From: an uncultured Eubacteriales bacterium
GTDB taxonomy: Bacteria; Bacillota; Clostridia; TANB77; CAG-508
DNA length: 64,000 nucleotides
Direction of reading: 5' to 3'
NCBI GenBank assembly: GCA_949288175.1
Contig: CASEIV010000004.1
Coordinates: 32,023 to 96,022 of the forward strand
The notes below the pieces were generated by a model. It worked only from the letters and a program-made list of their open reading frames with translations. It made no database searches and was not told the DNA's origin. Made by a program: the position numbers and the translations under genes. Below, in pieces: positions 1 through 10,049 of this stretch (position 1 is the first letter of the stretch; each line of letters starts with the position of its first letter).

Positions 1-189
1 TTGCAACAGTTTCATACCTTCTTCTATTAAAAAATTGAAGATTTCTTCTTTGCTTGAAAAATGATAATACAAAGTTCCTTTTGCTACTCCCACTGTCGCA
101 GTAATTTCTTCAATACTTGTAGCATCATATCCCTTTTCAGCAAACAATTTCATTGATGTTTCAAAAATTTTTCGTTTTGTTTTATTCAT
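1..189 (-). CDS. TetR/AcrR family transcriptional regulator (N-terminal part; runs off window edge; not in ORF track)
   Basis: Manual translation MNKTKRKIFETSMKLFAEKGYDATSIEEITATVGVAKGTLYYHFSSKEEIF is a classic TetR HTH; GAAAGGA RBS upstream. Confidence 0.92.
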   Translation of the reverse strand, partial: MNKTKRKIFETSMKLFAEKGYDATSIEEITATVGVAKGTLYYHFSSKEEIFNFLIEEGMKLLQ

Positions 190-379
190 TTTCTAAACAT
201 CCTTTCAACATGATATATCAATGTCTATATTATATATATAAACACTGAATATTGCAATATTTTTTATCGTTTTGTACTACTTGTTCAAACATTTCGTTTT
301 TGACCAGTCCCTGTAAGTTGTTATGATTTATAAACTATCGGTTACGAATGTGATTGGAAAGCATACTAGAAAATCTAAT

Positions 380-1069
380 TTATCTTATCATACATATGAC
401 ACAAAAAACAAGAATTTCAATAACAACGTTAAGTAACAATGCATAATTAACACTTTTGATTCCGATATCATTTAATTTATCAAAATGATGTACAATTTTA
501 TTAATTTCTTCTTGTGAAGATATTTTTTTATTTTCCATATATTCTTTAGCCAAAAATCTTGCTTTTATCATTGCATCATTTTCCAAGTAGCTTCTCACAA
601 AATAATAAATAAATCCTCCAATTATTAGGATAGTTAAAAACATCATTTCATATGGAAGTATATTAAATAATTTCAAAAGAGATATGGCTAAAAAGTATAT
701 AATATATACATTTGAGTATATAAAATTGAATAATAATATTTTTCTTTCTTGAATAGAATGCAAACATTCATGTGCAATTGTTTGTATCCTTGTAAAACTT
801 TCTTTCACATCTGCAATGATAATCTTATTAGATATTGCAATATATAGTGAATTGCTTGCATTTTTATCTTCTTCTACTATAACGGTTTCATTATGTAACA
901 TTTCTAAATATTCTTTACACATCTCTACATTACTTGGATATTTTTTTGCCACTTCATCTAGAGTTTCGTCTTTAGCCATTGCTTCTATTTGTTTTTTACT
1001 ACTTCCAAATAATATTCTTAAAACAACTATTACACAAACTAAAAAAACGATAATAATTCCAAATTCCAT
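380..1069 (-). CDS. Membrane zinc metallopeptidase (YugP/Zn_peptidase_2-like)
   Basis: HECLH (HExxH) motif, N-terminal and C-terminal TM segments; start moved to the MEFG ATG based on RBS spacing. Confidence 0.75.
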   Translation of the reverse strand: MEFGIIIVFLVCVIVVLRILFGSSKKQIEAMAKDETLDEVAKKYPSNVEMCKEYLEMLHNETVIVEEDKNASNSLYIAISNKIIIADVKESFTRIQTIAHECLHSIQERKILLFNFIYSNVYIIYFLAISLLKLFNILPYEMMFLTILIIGGFIYYFVRSYLENDAMIKARFLAKEYMENKKISSQEEINKIVHHFDKLNDIGIKSVNYALLLNVVIEILVFCVICMIR

Positions 1070-1269
1070 TTTATTCATTCCTTCCTCTAGTCTCAATTTC
1101 AAATTATATTATCCAAAAATTTAGTTTTTCTAAAATAGGATACATATATTCTATTTTAGAAACCTAGAATAAATACATTATAAAGCTAATACATATAAGA
1201 TTTTATATCATCTTACACACATTAGCTTTACTTTAAACTTATACATATATTGTACGTAATATAATGTTT

Positions 1270-1602
1270 CTACATAACATCTCTTACTGCCTCACCAATA
1301 ATTTTATTAACATCTGTCAATAAAATATTAAATTTCATTTCAGCATCAAAATATTTTTTTGCATCCTCTATTTGTATTAATTCTGCATATAATTCTTTCA
1401 TTTTATTTGTTTTATCTTGGTCCTCTTTACCTGTTTGCATTTGTGTTAATTGTGCATCATATCTTGCAACTTCAAATTCTCCTATTTTCTTTTTTAGGTC
1501 AGGATTTAAAGCCAATGCTTCTCTTGCCATTTTGTAATTTGTATATTCTTCTGATTGTTTTATTTCTGTTGCTAATTGATTTGCTGTATCATACACATTC
1601 AT
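1270..1602 (-). CDS. YlbF/YmcA family regulator
   Basis: MNVYDTANQLATEIKQSEEY...YFDAEMKFNILLTDVNKII pattern, 110 aa helical protein. Confidence 0.85.
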   Translation of the reverse strand: MNVYDTANQLATEIKQSEEYTNYKMAREALALNPDLKKKIGEFEVARYDAQLTQMQTGKEDQDKTNKMKELYAELIQIEDAKKYFDAEMKFNILLTDVNKIIGEAVRDVM

Positions 1603-1622
1603 GATTTACACATCCTTTCTTT

Positions 1623-2702
1623 CTATTCACTTACTGTATTCGTTGTTTCTGTTACTTGTTTTATTCCTTCGATTTTTACATCTGCATTTGTTGGACATAT
1701 ATTGACAAATGTATTTCCGTCATTTACTTGAATTTCTTTTCCATTCATATCTTGATAAATTGTTTTTTCATCTCTTGCATCTTTAATACATTGTATCTGA
1801 ATTGCTCTTCCATTTGTAATATAATATCCATCAAAGGTTCCTATATTTTTCAAACCTTGTCTACCTTTGTTTTCTGAATCTGTTAAAGTATAATTATTGC
1901 AGAAAGTAATGATAATATTTTTTGTTGTAACAGGTTCATCTGTCTCCCAATCTGTTTGTTCTTCTCCTCTTGCATATCTGACATATACTTTATTTTCTTT
2001 ATCATATTCATATTTAACTGTTTGTAAATCTGAATGTGGTATTGTGATTGTATCTGCTACTTGCCCCTCTTCTAAATTTACTTCATCTGTTACATAATTT
2101 AACACACTTTTTTCTGTTGATGTTGTTCTATAGTTTTTGCTTTTTGCTGATTCTAATAATTTTTCTGTACTTGTCACTGCATTATGTGGTGCATATTTAT
2201 CTTTTACTCTCCAGAAAGTTGTTCCATCTTCTGCTATACCATTAATATCATCTATATCATATTTCTTGATATCACTTTGTGCTTGTGGGCTTTGTCCAAA
2301 ATGTACATATATAGCATCATTTTCCATTGCATAATCTATGAAATAATGTCTAGCACTTCTAACTGGTCCTATCTTGTCTAAATCAACACCTTTAAATAAA
2401 GCCATTAATCTAGTTTCTCCACCTTCAACAATGATTTCGTATACCATATATGCTTGATTTAATCCTGCTTGTGGCCAAGCATCACTATGATTGTCAATCA
2501 TAACTGCAATTGGTCTATCATTCCCACTAAATATTTGTACTGTTTTTTCTTCTTCTACTGCTACTTGTTCTTTATTTTCTTCACCTGATATCGTTTCTGT
2601 ATTATTTCTATCTTGTATAATTTTATAGGCTAATCCAGCACCTGCTATGATGATTAAAATAACAAGTATGGCTATTAAAATTTTTACTCCACCTTTTTCC
2701 AT
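1623..2702 (-). CDS. DUF3048 (YerB-like) membrane-anchored protein
   Basis: RPIAVMIDN, PQAGL, YEIIVEGGETRLMA, GPVRSAR, APHNA motifs; N-terminal TM without lipobox Cys. Confidence 0.88.
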   Translation of the reverse strand: MEKGGVKILIAILVILIIIAGAGLAYKIIQDRNNTETISGEENKEQVAVEEEKTVQIFSGNDRPIAVMIDNHSDAWPQAGLNQAYMVYEIIVEGGETRLMALFKGVDLDKIGPVRSARHYFIDYAMENDAIYVHFGQSPQAQSDIKKYDIDDINGIAEDGTTFWRVKDKYAPHNAVTSTEKLLESAKSKNYRTTSTEKSVLNYVTDEVNLEEGQVADTITIPHSDLQTVKYEYDKENKVYVRYARGEEQTDWETDEPVTTKNIIITFCNNYTLTDSENKGRQGLKNIGTFDGYYITNGRAIQIQCIKDARDEKTIYQDMNGKEIQVNDGNTFVNICPTNADVKIEGIKQVTETTNTVSE

Positions 2703-2745
2703 TTGTTATTTACATTCCTTTCCTAATATGCAAATCCAATTTTCT

Positions 2746-3222
2746 TTATCGTAATATATTTAATGTTTTTAAAATCTTTTCTTCTTTTGTTCTCATTTCC
2801 TTTTTATCTTCTTCTTCCATATGATCATATCCCATCAAATGATAAAATCCATGGACCAGCATATAGCTTAGTTCTCTTTCGAAACTATGTCCATATTCTT
2901 TTGCTTGTTCTTCTACCTTTGGTATAGAAATAACAATATCTCCTAATATATCTTGATATTGAAATTCTTTTTCTTGTATTTTTTTGTCTAATTCTTCTTT
3001 CTGAAACATAGGAAAAGAAAGCACATCTGTTGGTTTGTCTATATTCCTATATTCTTGATTTATTTTTTGGATATTTTCAGGATTTGTAAAGGTTACTGTA
3101 ATACATAATTTTGAATCTTGCAATCCTTCTTCTTCAAAACATTTGCCAAAAACCTTTTTTACAATCTCTTCCCCATTTTCTACTTCTTCAATATCTTTAT
3201 ATATAATTTCATAGATTTCCAT
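2746..3222 (-). CDS. ybeY: rRNA maturation endoribonuclease YbeY
   Basis: NQEYRNIDKPTDVLSF, LGDIVIS and HGFYHLMGYDH motifs. Confidence 0.97.
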   Translation of the reverse strand: MEIYEIIYKDIEEVENGEEIVKKVFGKCFEEEGLQDSKLCITVTFTNPENIQKINQEYRNIDKPTDVLSFPMFQKEELDKKIQEKEFQYQDILGDIVISIPKVEEQAKEYGHSFERELSYMLVHGFYHLMGYDHMEEEDKKEMRTKEEKILKTLNILR

Positions 3223-4437
3223 TTATGCAACTTCCTTTAATTTTTTTATATATTTTCCTTTTGACATACATACATTTTTTAACTCTCTCAATGCACCATA
3301 ATCAATTAATTTTCTTTTATAATAAGTAATTAATTTACTATAATCTGTTTTTGTATTACTTTCTTTTATTTTCTTCATATCATTTTTTATAAATAAAATT
3401 TCTTTTTTTCTGACATACTCAATAAAGTTAGTTTCTTTTAATTCCCCTACCTTTTTGTACTTGTTCCAGAAGCTTTTAAATTCTTCTCTCTCTTTTGCGT
3501 TTTCCCAATATACTTTTGTAGATAATAATTTTACATGATAATCTTCTAATAAATTGATTAACATTCCATAGGCTTTTTCTCTCTTTGTAGCTATTTTAGT
3601 GTCTTGAACTAAAACTCTTGCATCTTTTAAAACTTTTTCATAACATTGTATTGCAACAATTAATGGTAAACTATGTGTAAATAATTTTCTACTAATACTT
3701 AATAATAAAACATTTTTTTCTATCATATCTTTTGTATCTAATTTTCCTACTGTATATGTTTCATAATTCTCATATTCTTTTATGACATCTTTTGCAACAC
3801 TATCATTTCCAATTCTTATTTTCAATGATAGAATATTTTGTATATAATCTTCTAATGTATAGAATATTTTTGTATATATCCACTCTTTTGAAGCTTCATA
3901 AGTATTCATCGTATCTGCTAATTTTATTGAATAATTCTTTAAGATGCCTTTATACAATGTATCCATTTTTGAAACATAAAACTGATTATATCTTTCGATT
4001 AATTTCTCTTTTCTAGATATTTGAATCCCCTCATTATCTAACTCTAATAAATATTTTTGCTTTCTATTTTTATATTCTACAAATTCATTTTCTTTCAAAC
4101 TGGTTACTTCATAATATTTAGATAATGCTTCTTTTTCAAAATCTGATGCAGTATTGTTTTTTACTTTTTTATAAATAGAATCCATAACATACTTATCTAA
4201 TGCTTCTAAATAGCTTTCATATGCTACATCATATTTTTCTTCTGCTTCTTTTTGATTATAATTTTCGTCACTATTTTCATATGCTTCAAATGCTTTTAAC
4301 AGACTATTTCTTTTTATTGAAATCAACATCCCATTAATTCCAATTTTGGTTGGTATTAACATTTTCGTTAATGTTTTTGTGATTTTATTAAAAAATGTTT
4401 TATCTGTTCCTGTGATTCTCAAACTTTTTTCTTCCAT
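3223..4437 (-). CDS. Hypothetical alpha-helical protein, 404 aa
   Basis: Long ORF with genome-like composition, RBS, abuts ybeY start; no family recognised. Confidence 0.8.
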   Translation of the reverse strand: MEEKSLRITGTDKTFFNKITKTLTKMLIPTKIGINGMLISIKRNSLLKAFEAYENSDENYNQKEAEEKYDVAYESYLEALDKYVMDSIYKKVKNNTASDFEKEALSKYYEVTSLKENEFVEYKNRKQKYLLELDNEGIQISRKEKLIERYNQFYVSKMDTLYKGILKNYSIKLADTMNTYEASKEWIYTKIFYTLEDYIQNILSLKIRIGNDSVAKDVIKEYENYETYTVGKLDTKDMIEKNVLLLSISRKLFTHSLPLIVAIQCYEKVLKDARVLVQDTKIATKREKAYGMLINLLEDYHVKLLSTKVYWENAKEREEFKSFWNKYKKVGELKETNFIEYVRKKEILFIKNDMKKIKESNTKTDYSKLITYYKRKLIDYGALRELKNVCMSKGKYIKKLKEVA

Positions 4438-4450
4438 TTATATCATCCCT

Positions 4451-5635
4451 TCAAAACACAATTTTTTCATTTGTCCCTATTGTCTCTAGCACTTCATATG
4501 TAACATAAATATCAATACTATTTTCATTTTCATAAGTATTTATATTTTTATTTACAATATTTTCTTTATTTTCTATTTGGCTTTCCAATTCCGCTTCTAT
4601 TTCTTGTATTCCTATTTTTTTTGCTTCTTCAATAGAATATTTCTTTTCGATTTCTTCATATTCTTGATATGTCGTTTTTACTACGGAAACCGGCAAATAG
4701 AAGTTAGAAAATAACTTTATTTTATTTTCATTTTCTATTGTATCATAAAATTTAAATTTTGAAACCCCTTTCGGAAAATTTATTTTAAAATTATTTATTT
4801 TTATCCCATAACTTGTTTCAATATTTCCTGTAGCCTGTTTTTCCGTAGTCGTGTACGGGATTGTCTTGTTCATGGTATACCAGACTCTTGCTTCTATTTC
4901 TCCTTTTGCATGAACATATCGAATCCCAGTATATTTTCCTTCCATCCACCCATTAATTAATACATCTCCCACACTTACTGTATCTCCTACTTTCACATTT
5001 GCTGTTCCATCCTGTGCATTAATTTTAGTAATGACACCATTTTTATTTGAAACAATATTACAATATTCTTCTTCATCAATAATTTCTGGCTTTTCTTCTG
5101 CTTTTACTAATCTGACAATTGCATTGGTTCCTTTTAATTCAATTCCTATCCATGCAATATCATCTCTTTCTAATCTTACTTTATTAATAATTTCTTTTGT
5201 ATCTATATCATTTTTTAATGTTCCAATTTTTAGTCCTGCTTCTTGAATATCTTCCATAATGTTTTCAATAGCTAATCCATTCTCTTCTATAATTTCTATA
5301 TTCCACACAAAATGAGAACTCAAAAAGATAATCCCAAGAACTAGAATTAAAAATATTGCAAACAATTTTCTCTTCTTATATTTATTAAGAAGGAAAGGTA
5401 ATCCTTTTTTGGCTTTAATAGATATTTTACATTGTGTTTTTTTTGCGATTTTGCAGATTTCTCTAAAATGTTTGATTTCTATATTTAACGCTATATTTAT
5501 ATCATTTACTTTTTTTATATTCCACATCATATAGTTTCGATTTCTACAAATATTAATAAATCTTTCAATATAATATCCCTCTACGCCAATTCGTAAATAC
5601 CCATATATGTAATTTATAATTTTTTTTATAATCAT
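4451..5635 (-). CDS. yqfD: Stage IV sporulation protein YqfD
   Basis: ERFINIC, KKGLPF, WIGIELKGT, VKVGDTVSVGDVLING, VHAKGEIEARVWY; follows yqfC. Confidence 0.93.
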   Translation of the reverse strand: MIIKKIINYIYGYLRIGVEGYYIERFINICRNRNYMMWNIKKVNDINIALNIEIKHFREICKIAKKTQCKISIKAKKGLPFLLNKYKKRKLFAIFLILVLGIIFLSSHFVWNIEIIEENGLAIENIMEDIQEAGLKIGTLKNDIDTKEIINKVRLERDDIAWIGIELKGTNAIVRLVKAEEKPEIIDEEEYCNIVSNKNGVITKINAQDGTANVKVGDTVSVGDVLINGWMEGKYTGIRYVHAKGEIEARVWYTMNKTIPYTTTEKQATGNIETSYGIKINNFKINFPKGVSKFKFYDTIENENKIKLFSNFYLPVSVVKTTYQEYEEIEKKYSIEEAKKIGIQEIEAELESQIENKENIVNKNINTYENENSIDIYVTYEVLETIGTNEKIVF

Positions 5636-5665
5636 GTATATCTCCTTATTTTTCTTTCTTAATAT

Positions 5666-5944
5666 CTAATCTGTTATTCTTTCAAAATCAAAACTTTCAA
5701 TTTTTCCCGTTACACGTATATCATCATTTGTCATCGTTTCTAAATTTAGATTATATCCATTAATACTAATTAGACCTTTATATGTACTAATTCTTATAAA
5801 AAATTCTTCATATTCTAAAATTCCTTTATAATTTTCTATAATCATTTCATCAAATCCTATCAATGAAATTTTAGGAACATCAGAATATACTTCCTCTGGA
5901 ATTTCCAATATCTTATTTAATTTACGCATTCTATTTTTTTTCAT
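5666..5944 (-). CDS. yqfC: Sporulation protein YqfC (YabP/YqfC family)
   Basis: LEIPEEV, PKISLIG, IENYKGILEY; start set at MKKNRM with AGAAAGGA RBS (upstream ORF extension runs through a repeat). Confidence 0.9.
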   Translation of the reverse strand: MKKNRMRKLNKILEIPEEVYSDVPKISLIGFDEMIIENYKGILEYEEFFIRISTYKGLISINGYNLNLETMTNDDIRVTGKIESFDFERITD

Positions 5945-5976
5945 GTTTATTATTTGTCCTTTCTGATGATTTTGGG

Positions 5977-6081
5977 TGATTTTGGGGACGGAGCAAAAAA
6001 TCATCATTTTATTCTCATTTTTTAAAATTCAGATAATAAAATCTGATAAAATGATGATTTTTCGCTCCGTCCCCAAAATCA
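5977..6081. repeat. 36-bp inverted repeat (1 mismatch, 33-nt loop) containing GGGGACGG/CCGTCCCC; REP/MITE-like
   Basis: TGATTTTGGGGACGGAGCAAAAAATCATCATTTTAT (5977-6012) pairs with ATAAAATGATGATTTTTCGCTCCGTCCCCAAAATCA (6046-6081). Confidence 0.9.
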
Positions 6082-6891
6082 TCACTTTTCAAATTCATCA
6101 AGAGATTTAAATTCATATCCCATATTCTTTGCTTCTTTTATAGCACTATCTAAAATATTGGTATTTGTTTTTGAATTTCCATGTAATAACATGATTTCTC
6201 CATTATGAAGATTATTCAAAATTTTTTCTTTTGCTTTTTTTTCGTCTGGTTGTTTTTCTTCATTCCAATCTTCGTAAGCAAATGACCACATAACCGTTTT
6301 ATATCCTAATGAATTTGTGACTTGTAGTGTCTTTTCACTAAATTCTCCTTTTGGTGGTCTTATATATTTCATCTCATATCCAAATTTTTCATATACGCTT
6401 TGGTGTAAATCCATTACCTCTTTTTTCATCTCTTCTTCAGTTAAACTTGGCATACTTTTATGATTGACTGTATGGTTACCTATTATGTGTCCTTCCTCAA
6501 TCATTTGCTTTACTAATTCTTCTTGCGTATTAATATAATGTGCTGTTAGAAAAAAAGTTGCCTTTATATCATTTTCTTTTAATATTTCTAAAATTTTACT
6601 TGTATAGCCTGCTTCATATCCTTCATCAAATGTCAAATATATTGTTTTTGATTCTCTATTTCCTAAAGCTATTCCACTATTTTCTTCTAATACTTTTCTA
6701 TTCTCACTTCCCAAATCTGGTTGTTCATGATTATCATTTCTTTTTATTCCCCATTCTATTTTTTTAGTGCTAACTGATTCTGCATTCGTATTTATCAGTT
6801 TTTCTTGCTGGCTTTGTATAATCGTGAATGATATCATTGCTATAAGTAATACCATTATCATTATATTTTTAACTCGTTTTTTTCTTATCAT
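6082..6891 (-). CDS. pdaA: Polysaccharide deacetylase, PdaA-type (spore cortex muramic delta-lactam synthesis)
   Basis: YLTFDEGYEAGYT, IGNHTVNHKSMP, RPPKGEFS, VMWSFAYEDW, ILLH motifs. Confidence 0.88.
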   Translation of the reverse strand: MIRKKRVKNIMIMVLLIAMISFTIIQSQQEKLINTNAESVSTKKIEWGIKRNDNHEQPDLGSENRKVLEENSGIALGNRESKTIYLTFDEGYEAGYTSKILEILKENDIKATFFLTAHYINTQEELVKQMIEEGHIIGNHTVNHKSMPSLTEEEMKKEVMDLHQSVYEKFGYEMKYIRPPKGEFSEKTLQVTNSLGYKTVMWSFAYEDWNEEKQPDEKKAKEKILNNLHNGEIMLLHGNSKTNTNILDSAIKEAKNMGYEFKSLDEFEK

Positions 6892-7101
6892 ATGACGATG
6901 TTCCTCCTCTTGTTTTCTTTTGTTTAATTTTATGAATCATATTTTAAATTATTCCTCTACTATTAGAGTCTAATAAATAACATCAAAGTTGTTTTTTGTG
7001 AGATAAGAAAAAAACATCTTTCCTATCCCACAAAAAAAAGAGATATCATTTTGATACCTCTAATACATATATTTTTATCTATTCTTGTTTTTTATAACTT
7101 T

Positions 7102-8010
7102 CTAATATGTTCTTTTTCCTCCTGCATATTCATTCATACAAATATCTATCACTTCTCTAACAGGTTGTATTAAGGATTGTTCATAATGACATTCCCATTG
7201 AACATTTCTATCAAATTCTCCTTCACTTATTCCATCTACTGTTTCACCATTTTTAATAAGGTTATTATTTTCAAAAATATAATAAGCTGTATCATAAGCA
7301 TGATTTACAATATAATTAGGATTGAAATCATGGAAATGATATTGCAAATCTGGAAGTCCTAATATATTCATTCCTAAAGTATCTATAATTTTTTCATTCG
7401 AATTTTCTATATTAAAAAATCTAATATTAACTGCAAAATATATAAACCTCTCATTTCTTGGTATTTTATGATTTTTTATTTGCTCTCTTGTAAACAGTTT
7501 CCCTGATGTTTGGAACAAGATAGCTTCACATTCTGGATACATTTCAATTAATGCTTCCATATAGTTCATAAGCATTTCTGCTCTTTCTTTGTAATCCATT
7601 GTACTTCCCAAAATATCTGTAGCTATTACATGATATTTACATTCAGCCAAAATTTCAGCACTATTTTTACAATCCCACATTTGACTTTTAGTTAAATCAT
7701 CAATATTATATGAGTCCATTGACATACATTCCATAACCAATAATTGTGGTGGTATTACCCCCTCTTTAAATTGTATTTTATATTTATGTGGTGCAAATCC
7801 TACACTTTTAGAATTATAGCAAAAGCATTCTGTTTCTTCTCCTAAGTGTTTTTGTGCTATTGATAACATTTTTTCTTTAGGTGGCATTTTACATTTTTCT
7901 TTCATCAATAAGTGTATTATGAATACTCTATCATTTTTTTCTTTTTGTGTTAAGTCCTGTTTTAATGTTTTATTTTCAGTTTCATTACTCTTTTTCTTTT
8001 TAAAAAACAT
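7102..8010 (-). CDS. DUF4261 domain-containing protein
   Basis: IDTLGMNILGLPDLQYHFHDFNPNYIVNHAYDTAYYIFEN...IKNGETVDG signature. Confidence 0.8.
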   Translation of the reverse strand: MFFKKKKSNETENKTLKQDLTQKEKNDRVFIIHLLMKEKCKMPPKEKMLSIAQKHLGEETECFCYNSKSVGFAPHKYKIQFKEGVIPPQLLVMECMSMDSYNIDDLTKSQMWDCKNSAEILAECKYHVIATDILGSTMDYKERAEMLMNYMEALIEMYPECEAILFQTSGKLFTREQIKNHKIPRNERFIYFAVNIRFFNIENSNEKIIDTLGMNILGLPDLQYHFHDFNPNYIVNHAYDTAYYIFENNNLIKNGETVDGISEGEFDRNVQWECHYEQSLIQPVREVIDICMNEYAGGKRTY

Positions 8011-8102
8011 GCTAATATATTCCTTTCATTATAAGTTCATAAAAATTTTTATTAACCTCATCTTGGTGATATAATATCAACTTTCACCAAAATATTTGCA
8101 CT

Positions 8103-8960
8103 TTATTTCATACTTTCATATACTTTTTTCAAAACATTATACCTTTGCTCTATCATTTTTTTATAAAACTCTTTTCTTACCTTAGACATGCATTCTATAT
8201 TATCAATAAACTTGTTTATTTCTTCAATATTAATATGTGTAAATAATCTCTTTATAGCATGATTACATTCTTCATTCTCTTTTTGCTTTATATATGTCAT
8301 ATAATGAATTTTTTTACCATTTTCTTTTAAGCACGAATAACAATTCATTGCTAAATTTTTTAATTCTGTTTCATTAATCTTTTCAATTTCTTCATCTTCA
8401 AGCATTGGATTTAAACATGAACCACAATCATAAATTGGAGAAAATTCAACTTTTCCTGTACTTTTATTTAATAAGAATCCCCAATTTTCATTGTGCCTAT
8501 CAGTGTTTCCAATTAAACTGTCTATAATAAACATATCCCAAAACTTTTCTTTTGTTTCTACATGATTTATCATTTTACTTTCTTCTATAACCTCAATAAT
8601 GTCCTTTAATTCTGTTTCTATTTTTTTGTCAGGATTTGTACTTAATGCTAGGTTTTCAAATTCATATAAAACATGTTCTTCATCTGTAAAATCTTCACAT
8701 GCACATACTATCTTTTCTCTTCCGTTATATTCATATTTTCCTAGAATTGTATTTTGCGTTTTAAAACCTACGATTTTAAATATATTACTTCCAATATATT
8801 CAGAAAAAGCATTATTGATATATGATATATTTCTATTTTTTTCTTTAATTGGATCTGGAAATTTGACTAAATATTTCTTATGGTTATATATTAAAGTTTT
8901 CTTTTTTTCTGAACCTTTATAATTATTAAATTCTTCTATTGCATTTGTAAAATCAATCAT
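8103..8960 (-). CDS. HipA-family (CtkA-like) Ser/Thr kinase
   Basis: YKGSEKK glycine loop, YLVKFP (Lys), SEYIGS, DSLIGNTDRHNENWG catalytic loop, SPIYDCGS Mg-binding Asp. Confidence 0.88.
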   Translation of the reverse strand: MIDFTNAIEEFNNYKGSEKKKTLIYNHKKYLVKFPDPIKEKNRNISYINNAFSEYIGSNIFKIVGFKTQNTILGKYEYNGREKIVCACEDFTDEEHVLYEFENLALSTNPDKKIETELKDIIEVIEESKMINHVETKEKFWDMFIIDSLIGNTDRHNENWGFLLNKSTGKVEFSPIYDCGSCLNPMLEDEEIEKINETELKNLAMNCYSCLKENGKKIHYMTYIKQKENEECNHAIKRLFTHINIEEINKFIDNIECMSKVRKEFYKKMIEQRYNVLKKVYESMK

Positions 8961-9220
8961 CTTTTTCCTCCACTTTTTTTATTTATTAGTTATTAGTATA
9001 TCATGAATTTTAGAAAATTACTATATTTTTTATAGACATTCACATTATCTTCTAAATTTTCTATTTTTTATTTTTATTATATAGTACATTATTTTTCACA
9101 TTATCTCTATTTCTTCAATTCCTAATTACTGTAAATTCGTTTTTATCATCTTTTTCATTTCACTTCCATTTTTTACTGGTATTAACACTTTTATCTGTAT
9201 ATAAAATTATTATAAGAGTA

Positions 9221-9249
9221 TTGACAAGATGATTTTTTTAGAATATATT
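9221..9249 (+). promoter_or_regulatory. Sigma-A promoter upstream of agrA
   Basis: TTGACA-N17-TATATT. Confidence 0.7.
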
Positions 9250-9332
9250 GTTGTTGTTACTGGAAAAATAAGGTAATTATTTTTTTGTTGTCGAAATATA
9301 TTATTTTATCAAATAAAAAGGGGTATATGCAT

Positions 9333-10049
9333 ATGTTAAATTTTGTCATTTGTGATGATAATGTAAATATTTTAGATAGATTAGAAAAACTTTTAGAAAA
9401 TATATTTACAAAAAATAATTTTGAAGGTCAAGTATCTTTCAAATTTAATAACTTTGAAGATTTATTGGCTTGTTTTGACAATGAAAATCAAATCGATGTT
9501 TTATTATTAGATATTAATTTAAAATCTCAAAAGACTGGTTTAGATTTAGCTGAAGAAATCAGAAAGAAAAATAAAAATGTTTATTTAATATTTACAACTG
9601 GTCATTTAGAATATGCAATGATGGCTTATAAATATAAAACATTTGATTATTTAGCTAAGCCTATTACTTATGAAAGATTAGAAGATACAGTAAAAAGGCT
9701 TTTCGATGATATTTATGGATTACCAAAGAAATATATTAAAATTGATAATAAAGATACACTTGTAGATGAAACGCAAATTCAATATATTAAAAGAGATGGT
9801 ATGAAATTAAATTTTCATACCTCTTCTCGTGATTATGAATCTTATAGCTCTTTTAACAAAATTCAGGATAAGTTACCTGACAATTTTGTAAGATGTCACA
9901 AATCCTATATTGTTAATTTAAACAATATCAAGAATGTGGATCCTGTTGCATTAACTGTGTATTTTAATAATGATACATTTTGCAGTATTGGACCAAAATA
10001 TAAAAAGGAATTTATGGAGGTTATAAAGAATCATGGAATTATTGAATAA
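9333..10049 (+). CDS. agrA: LytTR-family response regulator (AgrA-like)
   Basis: Receiver ICDD...LLDI...FTT...KP plus C-terminal LytTR (FVRCHKSYIVNL); start at MLNF with AAGGGG RBS. Confidence 0.9.
   Translation: MLNFVICDDNVNILDRLEKLLENIFTKNNFEGQVSFKFNNFEDLLACFDNENQIDVLLLDINLKSQKTGLDLAEEIRKKNKNVYLIFTTGHLEYAMMAYKYKTFDYLAKPITYERLEDTVKRLFDDIYGLPKKYIKIDNKDTLVDETQIQYIKRDGMKLNFHTSSRDYESYSSFNKIQDKLPDNFVRCHKSYIVNLNNIKNVDPVALTVYFNNDTFCSIGPKYKKEFMEVIKNHGIIE

Noticed and set aside
9030-9170. Possible decayed small ORF and TCACATTATCT repeat between the CtkA-like gene and agrA
   Set aside because: Stops in all frames and AT-rich low complexity; cannot be distinguished from chance.
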